64,000 nt of DNA, from the IMG/VR virus record IMGVR_UViG_3300005254_000135. One strand, given 5' to 3'. This document shows, in pieces, positions 27,407 to 37,174 of this stretch. The position numbers were made by a program, and so were the translations under genes. This DNA is from a virus. How positions within the stretch are numbered: the first letter of the stretch is position 1; each line of letters starts with the position of its first letter. The notes beneath the pieces were generated by a model. The model was not told the DNA's origin. It saw nothing but the letters and a program-made list of their open reading frames with translations, and made no database searches.

Positions 27407-28353
27407 GCGACTGGCCGGAGATAAGACGGGCAGCCGAAAAGGGCCAGGCCGCCTCCTACCGGGGCGTGGCCTTCCACGTCCTGGCGGACGAGGACAACTT
27501 CAGCCACGCCCTGGCCGTCCACGAGTTTCCCCACCGGGCCGGGGCGGAGGTCGAGGACCTGGGCCGGGGCGCGGCCAGGTTCAACCTGCGCTGCATCTTC
27601 TTCCGGGAAAACTACCCCAACCTGCGGCCCTTCCTGGCGGCCCTGCACCAGACCGGCCCCGGCACCCTGGAGCACCCCTTCCTGGGCTCCCGGCAGGTCG
27701 TGGTCGGTCAGGTCGGCCAGACCCACGAAGCGCCCAAGGTCCGCTGGGCCGAGCTGGCCGTGGAGTTTGTCGCCCACGAGCCCAGCGGCCAGACGGCCCG
27801 GCTGCTGCCCAGCCTGTCCCCCTCCGGCCTGGCCGCCCGGGCCCAGTCCCGGGTCGAGACCGGCCTGACCTCGGCCCGGAGCCAGGTCAGCCGGCTGGCC
27901 CATCAGGCCAGCCAGGCCGGCCTGGCCGCCCAGCGCCAGGCGCGCCGGGCCCTGGGCCAGGTAACCTCCGAGATCCAGCGCCGGACCGGGGTTGCAATCA
28001 CGCTGCCCTCCGGAGCCGGGAGCTGGATCGACGCCCCGGTCGGCTTCTGCGACCAGGTCGCGGATACCGTCCAGGAAAGGGCTAGGACGGTCATCGGCGC
28101 GCCCGGCTCGGTCGGGGCCAACTTCCGCCTCTTCACGAACGAGCTGGAGGACATGGACCTCGAGCTGTCCGGCCTCCAGAGGAGCCTGCCCCAGGAGGGG
28201 CGGCGCTTCCTGCGCATGGCCGGGACGGCCGCGGCCGTCCGGGCCGCCGGGGAGCTGATCCAGGCCGGCCTGGCCCTCGAGGACGGCAACCCGTTCAGCG
28301 GCGAGTACCTGGGCGTGGAGGCCCAACCGGCCGAGGAGGAGTCGTGGGCCTGA
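27403..28353 (+). CDS. DNA circularisation protein, N-terminal part (Mu gpN-like)
   Basis: ASYRGVAFHV...HEFPHRAGAEVEDLGR...GPGTLEHPFLG. Confidence 0.88.
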   Translation: MSDWPEIRRAAEKGQAASYRGVAFHVLADEDNFSHALAVHEFPHRAGAEVEDLGRGAARFNLRCIFFRENYPNLRPFLAALHQTGPGTLEHPFLGSRQVVVGQVGQTHEAPKVRWAELAVEFVAHEPSGQTARLLPSLSPSGLAARAQSRVETGLTSARSQVSRLAHQASQAGLAAQRQARRALGQVTSEIQRRTGVAITLPSGAGSWIDAPVGFCDQVADTVQERARTVIGAPGSVGANFRLFTNELEDMDLELSGLQRSLPQEGRRFLRMAGTAAAVRAAGELIQAGLALEDGNPFSGEYLGVEAQPAEEESWA

Positions 28354-28703
28354 TCCTGGAGCGCGCCCTGACCAGGGCCGAGGTCGAGGAGATCGTGGCG
28401 GCGGCTCGGTCGCTGATCCAGGGGACCATCACCGATCTGAGGCCCGGGGCAACCGACGAGGCCGTGATCAGGGGGCTCCGCCAGGCGGCCGACGACGTGG
28501 CCGAGCTGGGCCGGGAGCTGTTGGGCCGGCGGCCGGATCTGATGATCTACCAGGTGCCCGGGGCCATGAACGTGCGCCTGCTGGCCCACATACTCTACAG
28601 GGATCACGAGCGGGCGACGGAGCTCATCGAGCTCAATCCCGGCTTGAGGCGACTGGCGCCGATCATCCCGGCCGGCACGGAGATCACGATCTATGCCGAA
28701 TGA
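28344..28703 (+). CDS. C-terminal domain of the gpN-like protein (separate, overlapping ORF)
   Basis: LLAHILYRDHERATELIELNP...IPAG resembles the gpN C-terminus. Confidence 0.7.
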   Translation: MGLILERALTRAEVEEIVAAARSLIQGTITDLRPGATDEAVIRGLRQAADDVAELGRELLGRRPDLMIYQVPGAMNVRLLAHILYRDHERATELIELNPGLRRLAPIIPAGTEITIYAE

Positions 28704-29730
28704 GGGGCGGGTCAGGCTGGTCGTGGGCGGCCGCTCGCGCGACGAGTGGTCGGGCATTTCGCTGGATGCCGACCTGTTCGTCCCGGCCGACGACTTCAAC
28801 CTGACCCTGGACGCCCTGAAGACCGGCTACTTGGCCGAGCTTCATGTCGGCGATCCCTGCCAGGTCTTCGTCGCCGGCGAGCTGGTCCTGACCGGGAGGA
28901 TCGACCAGGTCAGGCCCGTGGTGAGCAAGCGCAGCCGGAGCCTGGCCGTGACCGGCCGGGACCTGGCCGGGGCTCTGGTGGACTGCAGCCTCCTGCCCAG
29001 CGAGTGGGATGAGGCCGACCTGGCCAGAATCGCCCGGGACGTCTGCCCGCCCCTGGGCGTGGCCAACGTCCGGGTCCAGGGCGCGACGCTGGAGCCCTTC
29101 GAGCACGAGCAGGTCAACCCGGGCGAGACGCCCTGGGCCCTGCTCAGCCGCCTGGCCGAGAAGCAGCAGGTCGGCCTCTGGCTGGACGTGGACGGGACCC
29201 TGGTCATCGGCCGGCCCACCGCCTCCAGCTCGAGCAAGCGGCTCTACCACTCGACCCACCCGCGCCGGGCCGGCCGCAACAACGTCATGCGACTGGAGCT
29301 GGTCGAGGACCTGAGCCGGCGCTTCTCCCAGGTCACCGTTCTGGGCCAGGACCAGGGCACGGATAACCTCAGCGGCCTGGACGTCAGCGAGATCGAGAAC
29401 CAGACCGTGCAAGACGAGGAGTTGATCGGGCGGGGCGTTTATCGGCCCCTGGTGATCGTCGACCCGGACATCGAGGACACGGCCCAGGCCACGAAGCGCG
29501 CCCGCTACGAGCTCAACCGGGGCAAGCTGGCCGGCTGGCAGCTCCGGGCCTTGGTGGCCGGCCACGCCCAGAACGGCCGGGTCTGGCGGCCGGGCGAGCT
29601 GGTCAGGGTCGATTGCGATGACCTGGGCCTGGCCGGCGACTACCTGCTCACCGGCCGCGAGCTTCGCTTCGACAACCAGGACGGGCGGACGACCGAGCTC
29701 CGCCTGGCCCTGCCGGGGGTCTGGCCGTGA
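28693..29730 (+). CDS. Baseplate hub (Mu gpP/gp44-like)
   Basis: DLFVPADDF, TGRDLAGALVDCS, PGETPWALLSRLA, RFSQVTVLGQ. Confidence 0.9.
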   Translation: MPNEGRVRLVVGGRSRDEWSGISLDADLFVPADDFNLTLDALKTGYLAELHVGDPCQVFVAGELVLTGRIDQVRPVVSKRSRSLAVTGRDLAGALVDCSLLPSEWDEADLARIARDVCPPLGVANVRVQGATLEPFEHEQVNPGETPWALLSRLAEKQQVGLWLDVDGTLVIGRPTASSSSKRLYHSTHPRRAGRNNVMRLELVEDLSRRFSQVTVLGQDQGTDNLSGLDVSEIENQTVQDEELIGRGVYRPLVIVDPDIEDTAQATKRARYELNRGKLAGWQLRALVAGHAQNGRVWRPGELVRVDCDDLGLAGDYLLTGRELRFDNQDGRTTELRLALPGVWP

Positions 29731-30191
29731 TCGAGGGACTGGTCAAACGGGCCGGGGAGAAGAACCAGCGCGGCCGGCGCTGGCCCATGAGGGGCGTCCT
29801 GTCCCTGCTCCGCTGGGCCAAGGTGCCCCTCTGCCAGTTCCGCGGCCTCAAGGGCGAGCGTTTCCAGAAGGTCGAGATGTTCCAGCATTTCGGCTTCCGC
29901 TCCCGGCCCATCGAGGGCGCCGAGGTGGTTCTGGCCCCGGTGGGCGGCTCGGGCGCCCACGTCTTCTCCGTGGCCGAGGAGGACCGGCGCTATCCCTGCC
30001 CGGTGGAGCTGAAGCCGGGGGAGGTCTGTGTTTATGACGCCCAGGGCAACTGCGTGGTGATCGCCACAGGCCGGATGACCCTCTACCACCAGACCAAGAT
30101 CGTCATGGCCGCCCCCAATATGGAGTTTTACTACGACGACATGGAGCAACCCGACTTTCAGGATTTTCCGGGGCTGGAAGATGAGTCTTAG
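29727..30191 (+). CDS. Baseplate spike (Mu gp45-like)
   Basis: VEMFQHFGFRSRPIEGAEVV...EDRRY...GEVCVYD. Confidence 0.85.
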   Translation: MIEGLVKRAGEKNQRGRRWPMRGVLSLLRWAKVPLCQFRGLKGERFQKVEMFQHFGFRSRPIEGAEVVLAPVGGSGAHVFSVAEEDRRYPCPVELKPGEVCVYDAQGNCVVIATGRMTLYHQTKIVMAAPNMEFYYDDMEQPDFQDFPGLEDES

Positions 30192-30474
30192 GGGCATTGT
30201 CAGGACGGGTGAAGATACGGCGGGGGGGATCATCCGTCCCCTCCAGACCAAGTGCAAACTCCGGGGCAACCCGGTCGGGGTGATCGGCTCGCCGGTTGAC
30301 TCGCACCCGCCGTGCCCGATCCCGGCGGTCCATTGCACCGCCGTGATGGCCGAAGGCCTGAGCAAGCACAGGATCATCCAGGGCGGGGTGACCTACTACG
30401 TCTGCCTGGAGGGCCACCTGGCCAGTTGCGGCCACGCGGCCACGGGGCGGCCATACTTCAGGGTCGCGGCATGA
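30181..30474 (+). CDS. PAAR-like spike tip protein
   Basis: IVRTGEDTAGG...DSHPPC...HC...GHLASCGH. Confidence 0.8.
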   Translation: MSLRGIVRTGEDTAGGIIRPLQTKCKLRGNPVGVIGSPVDSHPPCPIPAVHCTAVMAEGLSKHRIIQGGVTYYVCLEGHLASCGHAATGRPYFRVAA

Positions 30475-30857
30475 GCGTCGGCGAGCGGGCCATAGACCCG
30501 ATCACGGGCGATTACTCCCTCGCCGCCGGTGGCGATTTCGCGGAAGAGGACGGCCTGGGCAACGAGGTCTACAAGCGGATCTTCCAGGTCTTGGGTGAAG
30601 CGCCCCTCGAGCCCAACGTGGGCCGGGTGCGCCGGGAGAGGCTCAAGGACTTGGATCAGGTCAGGCGTCAGCTCATCGAGGACGTCGAGCAGGCCCTGGC
30701 CCCGATGGTCGAGGCCGGCCGGGCCGAATCGGTCGAGGTCGAGGAGGTCGAGCCCCCGAGCCAGATGCCCAGGTTGGGCCGGTTCTTCCTGCTCGTCACC
30801 GTCGCCGAGGTGGGGGGCCGGGTGAGAACGTTCAATTACTGGATACGGGTTATTTAG
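30471..30857 (+). CDS. Baseplate wedge protein (Mu gp46-like), copy 1
   Basis: AIDPITGDY...EQALAPMVEAGRAESVEV; position before baseplate J. Confidence 0.75.
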   Translation: MSVGERAIDPITGDYSLAAGGDFAEEDGLGNEVYKRIFQVLGEAPLEPNVGRVRRERLKDLDQVRRQLIEDVEQALAPMVEAGRAESVEVEEVEPPSQMPRLGRFFLLVTVAEVGGRVRTFNYWIRVI

Positions 30858-30866
30858 GAGGAAAGC

Positions 30867-31433
30867 ATGTTGAGCTCGGGCGGCGGAAACATGAAGGTCA
30901 GGGCCCGATTGATCGCCAGGCCGGCCTCCAGGGTCGAGATGAGCTTCCGCAATACCTATCAGATGCTCTGCTTTCGGCCCGACGGTTCGCTCCGCTGGAA
31001 GGCGACCCTCGAGAACCTGATGCCCACGGAGGGCCGGAACTTCATCCTCGAGGCCGCCCTGAAGGGCTCATCCTACACGGCGACGATCTTCCTGGGCCTC
31101 AAGGGCAGCGGGACAGCGGCCCTGGCTGACACGATGGCCAGCCACAGCGGCTGGAGCGAGCTGACCGCCTTCTCCGAGTCAACCCGTCCGGCCTGGGTCG
31201 GCGGCTCGGCCCTGGCCGGCGAGATCTCCAACGCCGCCTCGCCGGCCGAGTTCAGCGTTACCGGCACCATAACTGTCGCCGGCGCGCTGCAGACCACCGA
31301 CGACGCCAAGGGCGGCGGAGACGGCGCCCTGCTCGGCGTGGGCGACTTCGAGGAGGGCCCCCGCCCGGCCTATCCGGGCGACACCCTCAAGCTCACGGTC
31401 AACGACGCCATAGTCGATCCGCCGGAGGAATAG
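30867..31433 (+). CDS. Putative virion appendage/adaptor protein
   Basis: NLMPTEGRN...WSEL...TRPAW...NAASPAEF...GDTLKLT; type commonly found beside phage fibre genes. Confidence 0.55.
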   Translation: MLSSGGGNMKVRARLIARPASRVEMSFRNTYQMLCFRPDGSLRWKATLENLMPTEGRNFILEAALKGSSYTATIFLGLKGSGTAALADTMASHSGWSELTAFSESTRPAWVGGSALAGEISNAASPAEFSVTGTITVAGALQTTDDAKGGGDGALLGVGDFEEGPRPAYPGDTLKLTVNDAIVDPPEE

Positions 31434-33298
31434 TGTCCGCGGCCATCAGCCAGATATTGGGCGCCCGCGAGTACCGCTTCGACGTGGTCGACGCGGCCGC
31501 CAACGCCCGTTGCCGGGCTGATTGGTCCAGCCGGATCGGCGGCCGGGACGAATCCACCGGGGGCAAGTGCGTCCCCAACTTTAATCTAAGCCGCTGGAAT
31601 AACGAAGCCTGGCTGAACATCAACTGCCCGGACCTGGTCGGCGATCAACGAGAGATCCTCAGCGACGGCCGGCTGACCCTCGACCTGGGCAGCAGGGTCC
31701 ATAGGTTCTATCCGGTCGGGGATAATCACATAGAGTGGGAGATCGAGTTCCCAGCCAGGCCCGCGAGCAACGTCATCGAGTTCAACCTCAAATTCAGCGA
31801 TAATCTCCGCTTTCCTTATCAGCCTGCCTTGACCCAGGCGGATCTGGATCGGGGCCGCTACCGGCCGCCCGAGGTGGTCGGCTCTTATCCGGTCTATGTG
31901 GCCGGCAAGAGGCATAACCGCTACCAGACCGGGAAAATCGCCCACATCTACCGCCCCAAGGCCAGGGACGCCGAGGGCAAGGAGGTGTGGTGCGACCTGA
32001 ATATCGATGCCCCGTCCGGGAAAATGACCGTGACCATTCCGGCCGACTGGCTGAACGCGGCCGCCTACCCCGTGATATTGGACCCCTATTACGGCTTTAC
32101 CAGCGAGCCGATGACCGAGGAGGCCAACACGGGCCTGCTCTGCGGGACGGGCGACTACACCGCCGCCTTTCCCGGAAACTATACCGTCACCGCGCTCCAT
32201 GCCTACCATCGCGTCTCGGCCGGGCCCCGGAATTGGCAGGGCTGCGTCTATCAATGTGATACCGAGACGCACGGTTATCCCATACCGGGCAATCTCCTGG
32301 GCTCGTCCGCCGTCCACGCCTGCTCTCATACCTCAAAAACGCTTTCCTCTGTTGCGATCAATCTCGCCCTCAGCGCTGGCGAGTATTACTATCCCTGCAT
32401 TGCCAGCCAGCGCGCCTCCGGCGGTTCCGTCCATTACACCTACTACGATAGCGCTGTTGATTATCATTGGTGCGGCTATTACCCGGACCCGGAGCTGGTT
32501 TTCGAGGATTGGTTCGAGGACGGAGCCGGCGTCTGGTCCTCCTGGGACAGTGCCTACGGCGTCTATCTCGAGTATTCGACCAGCACGATCCATGAAGTAT
32601 CCCTGACCATCTCCGGCGCCGGCGACGCCGCCCCATCCGCCAAGTCGATAATTCCCGTCGCCCTGGCCCTCAAGGGCGGGGGGCAGTGCAGCCCATCCGG
32701 GGTCCTGGAGTTCAGCCGGAGCGTTAGTTTCCAGGCCGTCGGGGCCGTCTCCTGCGCCGCCGGGATGATTATCAGCCGGATCCTGGATATCACAGCCGGG
32801 GCGAACGTGGCGGCCAGCGCCTCGGCAGTGCTGGCCCCGGGCCTGACCATCGCCGGCGCCGGCCAGGTGCAGCCATACTGGGGGCTCCGGCGCCGGTTTT
32901 CCCTGCCCCCCAGATCCGCGGTCCTGGGCGAGCGGGCCATAGACCCGGTCACGGGCGACTACTCCCTCGCCGCCGGCGGCGATTTCGCGGTGGACGACGG
33001 CTGTGGCAACGAGGCCTATAAGCGCATTTTCCAGGTCCTGTATGAGCCGCCCCTCGAGCCCAACGTGGGCCGGGTGCACCGGGAGCGGCTCAAGGACCTG
33101 ACCCGGGTCAGGCGACAGCTATCCGAGGACTGCGAGAAGGCCCTGGCCCCGATGATCGAGGCCGGCCGGGTCAAGTCGGTCACAGTCCAGGAGGTCCAGC
33201 CGGCCACGCCCAGAACGGGCTGGCTCTACCTGCTGGTCACCGTCATCGAGGCGGGCGGCCGGCGCCGCACCTTTGACTACTGGATACCGGTGATCTGA
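31433..33298 (+). CDS. 621-aa fusion of beta-rich putative adhesin/stalk domains with a second gp46-like domain
   Basis: The last ~125 aa align with 30471-30857; the N-terminal domain ends AAYPVILDP. Confidence 0.75.
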   Translation: MSAAISQILGAREYRFDVVDAAANARCRADWSSRIGGRDESTGGKCVPNFNLSRWNNEAWLNINCPDLVGDQREILSDGRLTLDLGSRVHRFYPVGDNHIEWEIEFPARPASNVIEFNLKFSDNLRFPYQPALTQADLDRGRYRPPEVVGSYPVYVAGKRHNRYQTGKIAHIYRPKARDAEGKEVWCDLNIDAPSGKMTVTIPADWLNAAAYPVILDPYYGFTSEPMTEEANTGLLCGTGDYTAAFPGNYTVTALHAYHRVSAGPRNWQGCVYQCDTETHGYPIPGNLLGSSAVHACSHTSKTLSSVAINLALSAGEYYYPCIASQRASGGSVHYTYYDSAVDYHWCGYYPDPELVFEDWFEDGAGVWSSWDSAYGVYLEYSTSTIHEVSLTISGAGDAAPSAKSIIPVALALKGGGQCSPSGVLEFSRSVSFQAVGAVSCAAGMIISRILDITAGANVAASASAVLAPGLTIAGAGQVQPYWGLRRRFSLPPRSAVLGERAIDPVTGDYSLAAGGDFAVDDGCGNEAYKRIFQVLYEPPLEPNVGRVHRERLKDLTRVRRQLSEDCEKALAPMIEAGRVKSVTVQEVQPATPRTGWLYLLVTVIEAGGRRRTFDYWIPVI

Positions 33299-34380
33299 TG
33301 CCCTACCGCGTTGTGACATACGAAGAGGATTTGCAGGCCATCCTGACTGCCTACCGCGGCCTCCAGGACGGCCGGCCGACCCACGAGGGGTCGGATACCT
33401 TTACCCAGGCCTCGGTCCTGGCCGGCCTGGCCCAGGACATGCGGGCCGTGAAGCATTGGGTCTTCGACCAGATTTTCGCCGATACCGCTGCCTCCGCCGA
33501 GCTGGAGCGGCACGCCCTGCTCTCGACCAACATCACCCGGCGGGCGGCGGCGAGCGCCTCGGGGACGGTAATCCTGACCGGCGCGGCCGGGACGGCTTTC
33601 GATTCGGGCCTGCAAATGGTCGATGAGCAGGAGCAGTTGTTTGCCACCACCGCCTCGGGCGTGATCGACCCGGACGGCCAGGCCGAGGTGGCCGCCATTG
33701 CGCTCAGCGCCGGCGCCTCGACCAATCTCCAGGCCGGGGGCCAGCTCACCCTGACCTCGCCGCCGACCGGACTGGCGGGGACGGCCGGCGTGGAGACGGC
33801 CTGGTCGGGCGGCTCCGACGCCGAGAGCGACGGCGAGCTTCTAGCCCGCCACCTCTGGCTCCGTCGCCACCCGCCGGCCGGCGGCAACAAGTACGATTAC
33901 GTCTCCTGGGGCATGTCCGTGCCCGGGGTCTACGCCATCTACGTATTTCCGCTCAGGAGGGGCCTGGGCACCTGTGACGTGGCCGTCGTGGTCGATTCAG
34001 CCACCCGCCTGCCCAGCGCGGCCCTGCTCGCCGCGGTCCAGGCCGTGATCGACGAGAAACGGCCCTGCACGGCCAAGGCCTCCGGAGTTTACGCTCCGGA
34101 CCCGGTCGCGACGAACATCGCGGCCCAGATCAAGATCGCGGACGGCTACAACTTCTCCGAGGTCAAGACCCGGGTGGAAGCCGCCCTGGCCGCCCTGTTC
34201 GAGGATCTCGCCCCTGGCGAAAGCCTGACCAAGGCTCTGATCGAGACCACGATCAGCCTGGTCGAGGGCGTCGAGGACAGGATCGTGACGACTCCGGCGG
34301 CCAACGTCGAGGCCACGGTCAATGAATCGACCATCGAGATGCTGATCGCTGGTGACTTCGACATTACGGAGATGAGCTGA
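33298..34380 (+). CDS. Baseplate J-like protein (Mu gp47)
   Basis: AELERHA, GGSDAESD, PPAGGNKYDYVSW, RRGLGTCDV. Confidence 0.92.
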   Translation: MPYRVVTYEEDLQAILTAYRGLQDGRPTHEGSDTFTQASVLAGLAQDMRAVKHWVFDQIFADTAASAELERHALLSTNITRRAAASASGTVILTGAAGTAFDSGLQMVDEQEQLFATTASGVIDPDGQAEVAAIALSAGASTNLQAGGQLTLTSPPTGLAGTAGVETAWSGGSDAESDGELLARHLWLRRHPPAGGNKYDYVSWGMSVPGVYAIYVFPLRRGLGTCDVAVVVDSATRLPSAALLAAVQAVIDEKRPCTAKASGVYAPDPVATNIAAQIKIADGYNFSEVKTRVEAALAALFEDLAPGESLTKALIETTISLVEGVEDRIVTTPAANVEATVNESTIEMLIAGDFDITEMS

Positions 34381-35003
34381 TGACCCTGGCTGAGACACAG
34401 GACAGCTACCGGCGGACGTCCCTGAATCTCCTGCCGCCCAGGGCTTACAGCCGCGACGGGTTCATGGCCGGCGAGGCCACGGTGAGGGGTCAGGTCATGG
34501 GCGGCCTGGACGTCGAGGCCCGGGCCCTGGTCGATACAGCCCTGCCGCCCATCGTCAACGGGAAGCTCCGCTGTCCCGAGAGGGATCTGCCCGATTGGGA
34601 AAGGCTCTACGCCCTGCCCTCGACCGGAAGCTGCGAGCTGCGCAACGCCCGGCTCCTGGTCGCGATCAGGCTGCGCCGGAGCATCCGGCCGCTGGACATC
34701 CGGGAGGCCCTGGAGATCCTTCTGGGCTACCAGCCGGAGATCACCGAGCAGCTTCTGTTCAGGGCCGACGATCCCGGCTCATTGACCGACAAGGACCTCC
34801 TCCTTGAGCCCGAGGAGGAGGTCTACCGCTACTTCGTGGCCATTGACGGCGCTCTGGCCCGGGATGCCGACTATACCCGGGCGGATATTCAGCGGATCAT
34901 CGACGACGTCCAGGGCGGTCACACTCTGGGAGTAGCGCGGTTTACCGGCTTTTACGCCGATGATCCACTTTCGCTGACCGACCTTGACCTTCTGGATGTT
35001 TAG
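34380..35003 (+). CDS. Baseplate/tail protein (Mu gp48/YmfQ-like)
   Basis: LLPPRAY...LPDWERLYAL; synteny. Confidence 0.75.
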   Translation: MTLAETQDSYRRTSLNLLPPRAYSRDGFMAGEATVRGQVMGGLDVEARALVDTALPPIVNGKLRCPERDLPDWERLYALPSTGSCELRNARLLVAIRLRRSIRPLDIREALEILLGYQPEITEQLLFRADDPGSLTDKDLLLEPEEEVYRYFVAIDGALARDADYTRADIQRIIDDVQGGHTLGVARFTGFYADDPLSLTDLDLLDV

Positions 35004-35015
35004 GGGGAAACGACC

Positions 35016-35981
35016 ATGAGCAATGGCTATATCCAGGCTGAGAGCGGCCAGAACGGCTGCTTCCATGACATTGCCGCCGAGCAGCAGGTCCCCAGCCGCT
35101 TCCTGGATCTGCTGCAGCGTGACCTGATCCGGCTGAGCGACGCCCACAGCAAGGATCACTACCTGCACCACCTCCCCCAGATCCACACCTCCAATTACAA
35201 AATGGGCTTCACGACCTCGGCCGACACCGTCACCCTGGACGCCGACGTCCTCTTCACCGTGGGCGGCGTGACCTTCAACACCAGCGGTCTGGAAAGCCGG
35301 AACGTAACCATCCCCGACAGTGCCACCCGCTATCTCTATGCCGAGGTGGCCGCCAACTGCGGCCTGATGAGCAACTGGACAGATGACCCCATCACCCGAA
35401 CTCTGACCGTCACTTTGACCCTGGAGGAGAGCGAGGTGGCCAGTACGGCCACCAAGATGATCGTCCTCAAGGCGGTCAAGGGAGGAGCCGGCGAAACTCC
35501 GGTGGTCACCCCCTATGAGAATAACGGCCACGCGGGTCTCTTTGATAATCCTCTGGTCACCTGCGTGGTCGAGCTTACCAGCGACAAGGCGGTCGGCCAG
35601 AATACCACGACTGTCTTGTCCTGGGACGCAGTGAAGTTGGTCGTGGGCGGGGCGGCGGATGATTTCTGGCTCGCCGGCGCCCCGACCAGGATCATGGTCC
35701 CGGAGGGCTACAACTACGCGATGTTTGGGTTCACGGGCCGGCATACGACCAACCTCAACGTCGACAATGACAACGCCGGCTACCTCATAGTGAACGGGTC
35801 CGTCAGGGTGGCCGAGGGCAATATCGGGCAGAAATACATCGTCGGCACGACCATCGTATCGCCCTGGGTGGCCGTCACCGGCGGCTCGGACTATGTCGAG
35901 TTCGTCTACTACGAGCAGGCCAACACCCCCGGCATCCAGCTCGCCGCCGGTAGCTGCATCTGGATCTGGCTGAGGAAATAG
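35016..35981 (+). CDS. Tail fibre / receptor-binding protein
   Basis: Follows gp48; beta-rich; homologous to 43180-44154. Confidence 0.7.
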   Translation: MSNGYIQAESGQNGCFHDIAAEQQVPSRFLDLLQRDLIRLSDAHSKDHYLHHLPQIHTSNYKMGFTTSADTVTLDADVLFTVGGVTFNTSGLESRNVTIPDSATRYLYAEVAANCGLMSNWTDDPITRTLTVTLTLEESEVASTATKMIVLKAVKGGAGETPVVTPYENNGHAGLFDNPLVTCVVELTSDKAVGQNTTTVLSWDAVKLVVGGAADDFWLAGAPTRIMVPEGYNYAMFGFTGRHTTNLNVDNDNAGYLIVNGSVRVAEGNIGQKYIVGTTIVSPWVAVTGGSDYVEFVYYEQANTPGIQLAAGSCIWIWLRK

Positions 35982-35990
35982 GAGGCTCCC

Positions 35991-36545
35991 ATGCCCTGGA
36001 AAGATTGGCCCAGCATCGAGGTCGGCCCGGACCGGGCCGCGGCCGTGGCTACGGCCGCCGGCGCGGATCCCCACGACCCGGCAAGTTGTGTTTACAGCGG
36101 CGGCCGGCTCCACGTCCGGAACGCGACCCAGGAGGACCTGGCCGCCGCCCTGGCCGCCTACGACCCGCTCCCGGTTCTGCGCGAACAGGCTCTGGAGGAG
36201 ATCGATCGCCGGGCCGGCGAGGCTAGGGCTCCCTACCTGACCGATATCCCCGGCCAGGCGCTAGTTTATGAGGCCAAGCGCCGCGAGGCCGTGGCCTGGA
36301 TCGCCGCCGGCGAGCCGACCGATCCAAAGGACGTCGATTTTCCCATCGCCGCGGCCGAGGCCTTGGCCTGCGGCCGGACCCTGGCCGAGCAGCTCAAGGT
36401 CTACGCGGCCGAGGCGGCTGCCTGGCAGGTCCTGGCCGGGACTATGGAGGCCACACGCATGGCGGCCAAGCAGGCCGTATTGGCCGCGACCGACGTCGCC
36501 GCGATCCAGGCCATCCTGGACGGCCTGAGCTGGCAGAAGGCCTGA
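35991..36545 (+). CDS. Tail fibre assembly-like protein
   Basis: EIDRRAGEARAPY...VYEAKRREA...RMAAKQAV; homologous to 42613-43170. Confidence 0.7.
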   Translation: MPWKDWPSIEVGPDRAAAVATAAGADPHDPASCVYSGGRLHVRNATQEDLAAALAAYDPLPVLREQALEEIDRRAGEARAPYLTDIPGQALVYEAKRREAVAWIAAGEPTDPKDVDFPIAAAEALACGRTLAEQLKVYAAEAAAWQVLAGTMEATRMAAKQAVLAATDVAAIQAILDGLSWQKA

Positions 36546-36552
36546 GAGGCGC

Positions 36553-36726
36553 ATGGCCCGGATCGACAAAGCCGCCCTGGCCGAGATAGCCCGCCGGACC
36601 ATGATCCGGATCTGGCGGCCCGAGCTCCGCCGGCGCCTGGCCGAGCGGTTCAGCCGGACGCGGCTGTGGCCTAAAACCTCAGCCGGCGCAGATAGCGCCG
36701 CCAAACCAACCCAAGAAAGGAGGTGA
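36553..36726 (+). CDS. 57-aa hypothetical protein
   Basis: Open frame with ATG after GAGAGG; no recognisable motif. Confidence 0.3.
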   Translation: MARIDKAALAEIARRTMIRIWRPELRRRLAERFSRTRLWPKTSAGADSAAKPTQERR

Positions 36727-36730
36727 GTTC

Positions 36731-36928
36731 ATGAATCCGGCGTTTGAACAGCTCCTCAAGGCTTTACTGCCAACCCTGATGCCGCAACTGATCGGCCTGC
36801 TGAGGCAGCTCGTGGCAGGCTGGGTCAAGACGGCATACGAGAAGGCGAAGGAAACCGAGTCCCAACTCGATGACCTCGGCTGGCAAGGTCTGGCGGCCTT
36901 CCTTCAGATCGACCTGGAGGCCGCCTAG
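36731..36928 (+). CDS. Small lysis-region membrane protein (holin-like)
   Basis: Strong SD AGGAGGT; amphipathic; AKETESQLDD resembles AKSETQVDD in 42200-42517. Confidence 0.55.
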   Translation: MNPAFEQLLKALLPTLMPQLIGLLRQLVAGWVKTAYEKAKETESQLDDLGWQGLAAFLQIDLEAA

Positions 36929-36982
36929 ATCGCGGAAAGGAGGCGCCCTCGTCCGGAAGGCGCCTCCTCCGGAGGATTAACC

Positions 36983-37162
36983 GTGTGGTGGAGAATGGCT
37001 TTTGGAATCCTGGTCATGGCCCTGACCTGGGCCACCAGGCCGCGAAACATCGGGATGATCAGGGTGTTCGTCAAACAAACGGATAACCGTCTTGACGACC
37101 GCCTGCCCGACGCCCTCGAGCTCGTGGCGCCGCTGTTTCACGGGGGCATGGGCAAGTCCTGA
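36983..37162 (+). CDS. 59-aa membrane peptide in lysis cassette
   Basis: SD GGAGG 7 nt before GTG; hydrophobic N-terminus. Confidence 0.45.
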   Translation: MWWRMAFGILVMALTWATRPRNIGMIRVFVKQTDNRLDDRLPDALELVAPLFHGGMGKS

Positions 37163-37174
37163 GGGGCAGAAGGA

